A program made the position numbers and the translations under genes. Below are positions 41,954 to 46,326 of a stretch of DNA of 46,326 nucleotides, in pieces (the stretch's first letter is position 1; each line of letters starts with the position of its first letter). The DNA is from Chloroflexota bacterium (GTDB lineage: Bacteria; Chloroflexota; Dormibacteria; Aeolococcales; Aeolococcaceae): the NCBI GenBank assembly GCA_005879785.1, contig VBJV01000045.1:1-46326 (forward strand), read 5' to 3'. Under the pieces are notes generated by a model. It was given only the letters and a program-made list of their open reading frames with translations, was not told where the DNA came from and searched no databases.

Positions 41954-43234
41954 GTGACAACCCCCGGGTCGAAGGCGACGATGCCGCGAATCCTCTGCAT
42001 CATGGGGTCGGGCGAGACCGCGCCCACCATGGTGTCGGTGCACGCGGACCTGATCGCGCGCATGGGGCCGCAGCCGGTCCCAGCCGTGCTGCTGGACACG
42101 CCCTTCGGCTTCCAGGAGAACGCCGACGACATCTCGCAGCGCGCCATGGCCTTCTTCCGCGACAACGTGGGCCATGCCATCAGCGTGGCCACCTATCGCA
42201 ACCGCGAGACGGCCACGCCGCTGGAGTACGAGACCATGCTCGCCCGTGTCGGCGAGGCGCGGTACGTCTTCGCCGGACCGGGCAGCCCGACGTACGCGCT
42301 GCAGCAGTGGCGCGAATCAGCGCTTCCCAAGGTGCTCGGGGCCAAGCTTCGCGAGGGTGGCTGCGTCACCTTCGCCAGCGCGGCCGCGGTGGGCCTGGGG
42401 CCGTACGCGCTGACCGTGTACGAGGTGTACAAGGTGGGCGAGCCGCCGCGGTGGCTCGAGGGCCTCGACCTGCTCAGCGCGACGGGCCTGCGAGCCGCCG
42501 TCATCCCGCACTACAACAACGCCGAGGGCGGCACGCACGACACTCGCTACTGCTACATGGGCGAACGCCGCCTGCGCGCCCTCGAGGAGATGCTGCCCGA
42601 CGATGTGGCCATCCTCGGCGTCGACGAGCACACCGCGTGCATCTTCGACCTCGGCGCCGGTGAGGCCACCATCCGCGGCCGCGGCGCGGTGACGTGGCGC
42701 CATCACGGCGGGTCGAAACGATTCGAGAGCGGCTCGGTGCTGCCCATCGAGGCGCTCGCCGGCGACGTTTCCAATGCAGGCGCGGCGGCCGTGCCGCAGC
42801 CCGCGGCTGCAGTCGAGCAGGCTGAACCAGCCCCCGGCGCGTCGCCGTTCCTCGAGGAGTTGGAGAAGCACGAAGCGAGCGCCGATCAGGCGCTCGCCGG
42901 CCGCGACGTCGACGCCACCGTCGCCGCCGCGCTGGCCATCGACGCGCAGATGCACGATTGGGCTGCGGACACGTTCGACTCCGATGAGCAGGACCGCGCG
43001 CGCGAAACGCTGCGCCGCATCGTGGTGCGCCTCGGCGACGTGGCGCGCGACGGCGCCGCGGATCCTCGGGAACGCATCGCGCCGGTGGTCGACCGCGTGC
43101 TCGACCTGCGCAAGCAGATGCGCACCGAGGGTCAGTACGCGCTGGCCGACCGGCTGCGCGATCTGCTCGTCGACGCCGGCATTGAGGTGCGCGACAGCCC
43201 CGACGGTTCCACCTGGCACCTGAACGGCGACTAG
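41954..43234 (+). CDS. two-domain protein: peptidase S51/cyanophycinase-like class I amidotransferase fold plus CysRS-type C-terminal domain
   Basis: The N-terminal half has ILCIMGSGET...FAGPGSPTY...HYNNAEGG. The C-terminal half ends in ADRLRDLLVDAGIEVRDSPDGSTW, which resembles the cysteinyl-tRNA synthetase C-terminus. The alternative start is ATG 41981. Confidence 0.6.
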   Translation: MTTPGSKATMPRILCIMGSGETAPTMVSVHADLIARMGPQPVPAVLLDTPFGFQENADDISQRAMAFFRDNVGHAISVATYRNRETATPLEYETMLARVGEARYVFAGPGSPTYALQQWRESALPKVLGAKLREGGCVTFASAAAVGLGPYALTVYEVYKVGEPPRWLEGLDLLSATGLRAAVIPHYNNAEGGTHDTRYCYMGERRLRALEEMLPDDVAILGVDEHTACIFDLGAGEATIRGRGAVTWRHHGGSKRFESGSVLPIEALAGDVSNAGAAAVPQPAAAVEQAEPAPGASPFLEELEKHEASADQALAGRDVDATVAAALAIDAQMHDWAADTFDSDEQDRARETLRRIVVRLGDVARDGAADPRERIAPVVDRVLDLRKQMRTEGQYALADRLRDLLVDAGIEVRDSPDGSTWHLNGD

Positions 43235-43250
43235 CGCCGCGTCAGCGCTT

Positions 43251-43619
43251 CTACGCGGCGGCGAAGTCGTGCAGCGTCAGGCGGCCCGCGTCGGCGGCGA
43301 TGCGGCTGAGCTCGGCGTTGCGGCCCAGCCACATCATCTTCAGCATCCGCAATTCCCCCCACGCGGACCACAGCGGGTGACCGAACGTCGCCGGAAGGTT
43401 GCGCTCGATGGCGAAGTGGCTGAACCAGGCCAGCCCGTAGGCGAGCACCGGCGCGGAAGCGACCAGCGCGGGCCTGCGCCGCACCACGCCGGCGATGCCC
43501 GCAGCCACACCCAGGTGTGTGCCGGCGAAATGGAACCAGCGCGTCGCCGGTTTGCTGTGCTGGCGCGTGTAATAGGGGAAGAAGTCGTCGAAGGTTGCGA
43601 AGGTCGCCATCGGCACCAC
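43251..43619 (-). CDS. DUF962 (Mpo1-like) membrane protein
   Basis: FDDFFPYYTRQHSKPATRWFHFAGT and FSHFAIERN motifs. The alternative start is ATG 43610. Confidence 0.7.
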   Translation of the reverse strand: MVPMATFATFDDFFPYYTRQHSKPATRWFHFAGTHLGVAAGIAGVVRRRPALVASAPVLAYGLAWFSHFAIERNLPATFGHPLWSAWGELRMLKMMWLGRNAELSRIAADAGRLTLHDFAAA

Positions 43620-43681
43620 CTCGCGCTTGCAGGCAGAAACGTGCGGCCATTATCACGCCGGGGTTCGTGACGCAGCCGCCT

Positions 43682-44149
43682 CTATCGCGGCGCGATCTCG
43701 ACGGTCGCCGACAGCGAGGGGCCGAGCGACCTGCGGCCTTGCCGCGGCGTCAGCCGGTATGTGGCGGTTCCCGGGGCGGTGGCGGTGAAGAACATGCGGA
43801 TGCTGATGGCGTCGCCGGCGCCGAGGCTGCCACCGCAGACCGCGCCCTTGGCGTACGGCACCCGATCGACGCTCAGGAAGATCGCATATTGCGGTTGCAG
43901 CGGACCGCTCACCGCCGTGCCGACGCACACCGGCGAGATGAGCGCGGCGCCGGTGTTGTCGTACGCCAGGTCGACCTCGAACGGCCGGCCGCTGGTCGCT
44001 TGGGTGGGCAGCGCTCCCGCCAGCTCGGCGGCAGCCGCCCCGGATCCGCTGAAGAGCGGCCCGACGACGACGATGAACGCGCCCGTCAACGCCAGGAACA
44101 GCGCCACCAGGAGCACCGGTCGCGGCATGCGGCGCAGCCAGCCGCGCAA
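43682..44149 (-). CDS. hypothetical membrane-anchored/secreted protein
   Basis: An N-terminal TM/signal (PRPVLLVALFLALTGAFIVVV) is followed by a beta-rich domain of about 110 aa with two Cys. Third-position bias is good. Confidence 0.5.
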   Translation of the reverse strand: MRGWLRRMPRPVLLVALFLALTGAFIVVVGPLFSGSGAAAAELAGALPTQATSGRPFEVDLAYDNTGAALISPVCVGTAVSGPLQPQYAIFLSVDRVPYAKGAVCGGSLGAGDAISIRMFFTATAPGTATYRLTPRQGRRSLGPSLSATVEIAPR

Positions 44150-44157
44150 CGCTGCTC

Positions 44158-45861
44158 TCAGATGGTCGTGGGCGGACGGTACTCGCCGAACACCTCGCGC
44201 AGCGTGCCGCAGATCTCACCGAGCGTCGCCTCGGCGCGGACGGCGTCGAGGATCGCCGGCATCAAGGGCGAGCTCGCCGAGGCCGCCGCGTCACGAAGGG
44301 CGGCGGTGGCGCGGTCAACCGCCGCCTGGTCGCGTTTGCTGCGGTGCGCGGCGAGCCGCTCCATCTGCTCGCTCATCACGCGCTGATCGGGATGGAACAG
44401 GATGGGCGGGTCGCCCTCCTCAGTCCCGGTGTGCTTGTTGACGCCAACGATGACCTTATCGCCATGGGCGATGGCCTGCTCGGTGCGGTACGCCTCGTCC
44501 TGGATCAGCTGCTGCATCCAGCCCGTCTCGATGCAGGCGACCGCGCCGCCGCGCCGCTCCGCCTCCTCGAACAGCTCCACGGCGCGCCGCTCGAGCTCGT
44601 CCGTCAGCCACTCCACGTAATACGAGCCGGCCAGCGGGTCCACGGTGGCGGTGACGCCGGTCTCGTCGGCGATGATCTGCTGCGTGCGCACGGCGATCCG
44701 CTGCGCTTTCTCGGTGGGGATGGAGAGGGCCTCGTCGTAGCAGGAGAGCGCCAGCGACTGCACTCCGCCGAGCACCGCAGCCAGCGCCTCGATGGCGGCG
44801 CGCACGATGTTGTTCTCGGGTTGCTGCGCGGTGAGCGTCGAGCCGCCGGTCTGCGTGTGCGTGCGCAGCATGAGCGAGCGCGGATCCTTCGCCTCGAACC
44901 GGTCGCGCATGAGCGACGCCCACATGCGCCGCAGCGCGCGGTACTTGGCGATCTCCTCGAAGAAATCCATGTGCGTGTTGAAGATCCAGGACAGCTTGGG
45001 CGCGAAGTCGTCGACGCCGACGCCGAGGTCGATGGCCGCCTGGACGTACGCGCACGCGTTGGCGAGCGCGAACGCCATCTCCTGCGGCGCGGTGCTGCCC
45101 GCCTCGCGGATGTGATAGCCGGAGAGCGAGATGGGGTTGAACCGCCCCGCGTTGCGGGCGCACCAGGCGATGAGGTCGGCGGCGAGGCGCAGCGACGGCC
45201 GGGGCGGATAGATGAACGTCCCTCTGGCGATGTACTCCTTGAGCACGTCGTTCTGCACCGTGCCCATGACGTCCGCGTGCGCCACGCCCTGACGCTCGGC
45301 GGCGACCACGTACATGGCGACGAGCACCGGCGCCGGCGCGTTGATCGTCATGGATGTGCTCACCCGGTCAAGCGGGATCGCCTCGAAGAGCTCCTCCATG
45401 TCGTGGACGGAATCGATGGCCACACCGACCTGCCCGACCTCGCCGGCGCTGCGCGGGTCGTCGCTGTCCAGACCCATCTGCGTGGGCAGGTCGAACGCCA
45501 CCGACAGCCCCGGCTGGCCGTGGTCGAGCAGGTAGCGGAAGCGGGCGTTGGCGTCGCGTGCCGTGCCGTAGCCGGCGTACTGCCGGATGCTCCAGGGTCT
45601 GCCGCGATACATGGTCGTCTGCACGCCGCGCGTGTATGGCGGCTCGCCGGGGAATCCCTCGTCGTGGAGCGCGTCGTGCGCGGCCAGGTCCTCCGGCGTG
45701 TACAGCGCCTTCACCGGAATGCCGCTCGCCGTCTCGAAGCTCTCCAGCCGCTCGCCACGCTGCTGCGCCGGCTTGAGGCGCTGCTCCTCCCACTCGCGCA
45801 GAGCCTCGGTGAAATCAGGATCCGTGCGCGACCGCGTGTCTGCTGCCCGCTCCGTGAGCAT
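44158..45861 (-). CDS. methylmalonyl-CoA mutase family protein (catalytic TIM-barrel subunit, no B12-binding domain)
   Basis: From ATG 45861 (MLTERAAD): PGEPPYTRG, RQYAGYGTA, SVAFDLPTQMG, and HTQTGGSTLTAQQPENNIVR motifs. 567 aa. Confidence 0.85.
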   Translation of the reverse strand: MLTERAADTRSRTDPDFTEALREWEEQRLKPAQQRGERLESFETASGIPVKALYTPEDLAAHDALHDEGFPGEPPYTRGVQTTMYRGRPWSIRQYAGYGTARDANARFRYLLDHGQPGLSVAFDLPTQMGLDSDDPRSAGEVGQVGVAIDSVHDMEELFEAIPLDRVSTSMTINAPAPVLVAMYVVAAERQGVAHADVMGTVQNDVLKEYIARGTFIYPPRPSLRLAADLIAWCARNAGRFNPISLSGYHIREAGSTAPQEMAFALANACAYVQAAIDLGVGVDDFAPKLSWIFNTHMDFFEEIAKYRALRRMWASLMRDRFEAKDPRSLMLRTHTQTGGSTLTAQQPENNIVRAAIEALAAVLGGVQSLALSCYDEALSIPTEKAQRIAVRTQQIIADETGVTATVDPLAGSYYVEWLTDELERRAVELFEEAERRGGAVACIETGWMQQLIQDEAYRTEQAIAHGDKVIVGVNKHTGTEEGDPPILFHPDQRVMSEQMERLAAHRSKRDQAAVDRATAALRDAAASASSPLMPAILDAVRAEATLGEICGTLREVFGEYRPPTTI

Positions 45862-45901
45862 GCAGTGAGCATACGTCGGGCGCGACGAGGCACGTTCAAA
45901 C

Positions 45902-46326
45902 GTGCTGGGCCTGTGCGACACTCGCGCCGTGCTGCCGATCACCCCGGCGCTGATTGAGCGCGCCGCGGCCCGGCTGGCCGCGGGCGGCTGGCGATACACA
46001 GCACGTCAGCTGTACTACGCGGTGTGCGCGGAGGCGGAGACCCGGCGGTCGAGCGCAGCCGCCACGGGACAGATCGGCTTCGGCGTGCTGCTGATTCTCG
46101 TGGCGCTGATCCTGGTCCGCTTCGCCCTACCGTTCACGGTGCTCCTGGCGTTTGGTCTCACCTTCATCAGCCTCGGCATCGTGCAGCGCCGCCGGGGCGC
46201 ACCGCTGCGCGGCCGTGTGCTCGCACTTTCATACGCGGATTTCACGGAAGTGTTGGACCCTGGGGAGCTAGCTGGGATACTCGCGGAGCCGGTAGGCCCG
46301 CGCCCACTCCGCCAGATCGCTGAAAT
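45902..46326 (+). CDS. hypothetical membrane protein, 5' part only (runs off the right window edge)
   Basis: Absent from the ORF track because there is no stop in the window. The open frame from GTG 45902 or 45929 reads ...LPITPALIERAAARLAAGGWRYTARQLYYAV..., followed by a hydrophobic span IGFGVLLILVALILVRFALPFTVLLAFGLTFISLGIV. Third positions are G/C-rich. Confidence 0.4.
   Translation, partial: MLGLCDTRAVLPITPALIERAAARLAAGGWRYTARQLYYAVCAEAETRRSSAAATGQIGFGVLLILVALILVRFALPFTVLLAFGLTFISLGIVQRRRGAPLRGRVLALSYADFTEVLDPGELAGILAEPVGPRPLRQIAE

Noticed and set aside
1-46326. CRISPR arrays, tRNA/rRNA genes, IS elements, integrases, prophage or obvious horizontally acquired low-GC islands
   Set aside because: I saw no regularly spaced repeats, no tRNA-like T-loop (GGTTCGAATCC-type) contexts outside coding sequence, and no transposase, integrase or phage motifs in any frame. 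Composition is uniformly GC-rich except for short intergenic spacers.

Overview
This is a very GC-rich chromosomal segment: third codon positions are almost always G/C, and long Arg/Ala-rich shadow ORFs occur on every strand. Gene content looks actinobacterium-like or from a related Terrabacteria lineage. I recognised no rRNA, tRNA, CRISPR array, transposase or integrase. About 48 genes are supported.

Layout:
- 0-12 kb: housekeeping genes (acyl-CoA dehydrogenase, amidohydrolase, pyrE, split glycine dehydrogenase gcvPA/gcvPB, DedA, methyltransferase, EF-G paralog, dienelactone hydrolase, and a 47-aa zinc-ribbon gene missing from the ORF track).
- 12.4-21.2 kb: nine translationally coupled genes for a surface glycan (three GT2, a NodB deacetylase, a Wzx-like flippase, a 782-aa polytopic protein), ending in an ANT(2'')-like nucleotidyltransferase plus 2H phosphoesterase pair.
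- 21.9-27.3 kb: gyrB-plsX-gyrA joined by 1-nt overlaps.
- 27.4-33.1 kb: an expanded NHEJ island, LigD - HNH nuclease - DUF4234 - Ku - ligase paralog, in which the paralog has lost every catalytic residue.
- 33-46 kb: pentein enzyme, OmpR/histidine kinase pair, lipoprotein, ferric-reductase/ApbE remnant, LysM-SLT hydrolase, nucleoside phosphorylase, queG, rpiB-like, S51/CysRS-C fusion, DUF962, and a methylmalonyl-CoA mutase-like gene.

Most notable observations:
1. The five-gene NHEJ island with its dead ligase paralog.
2. A spacer-less 46-bp perfect palindrome lying exactly at the frame break of the flippase gene. Removing it restores the frame.
3. Six independent gene lesions in 46 kb, including deletions inside gyrB, gyrA and plsX. 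These must be either assembly artefacts or real deletion/fold-back repair scars.

All product calls come from reading motifs in the translations. No database search was run.
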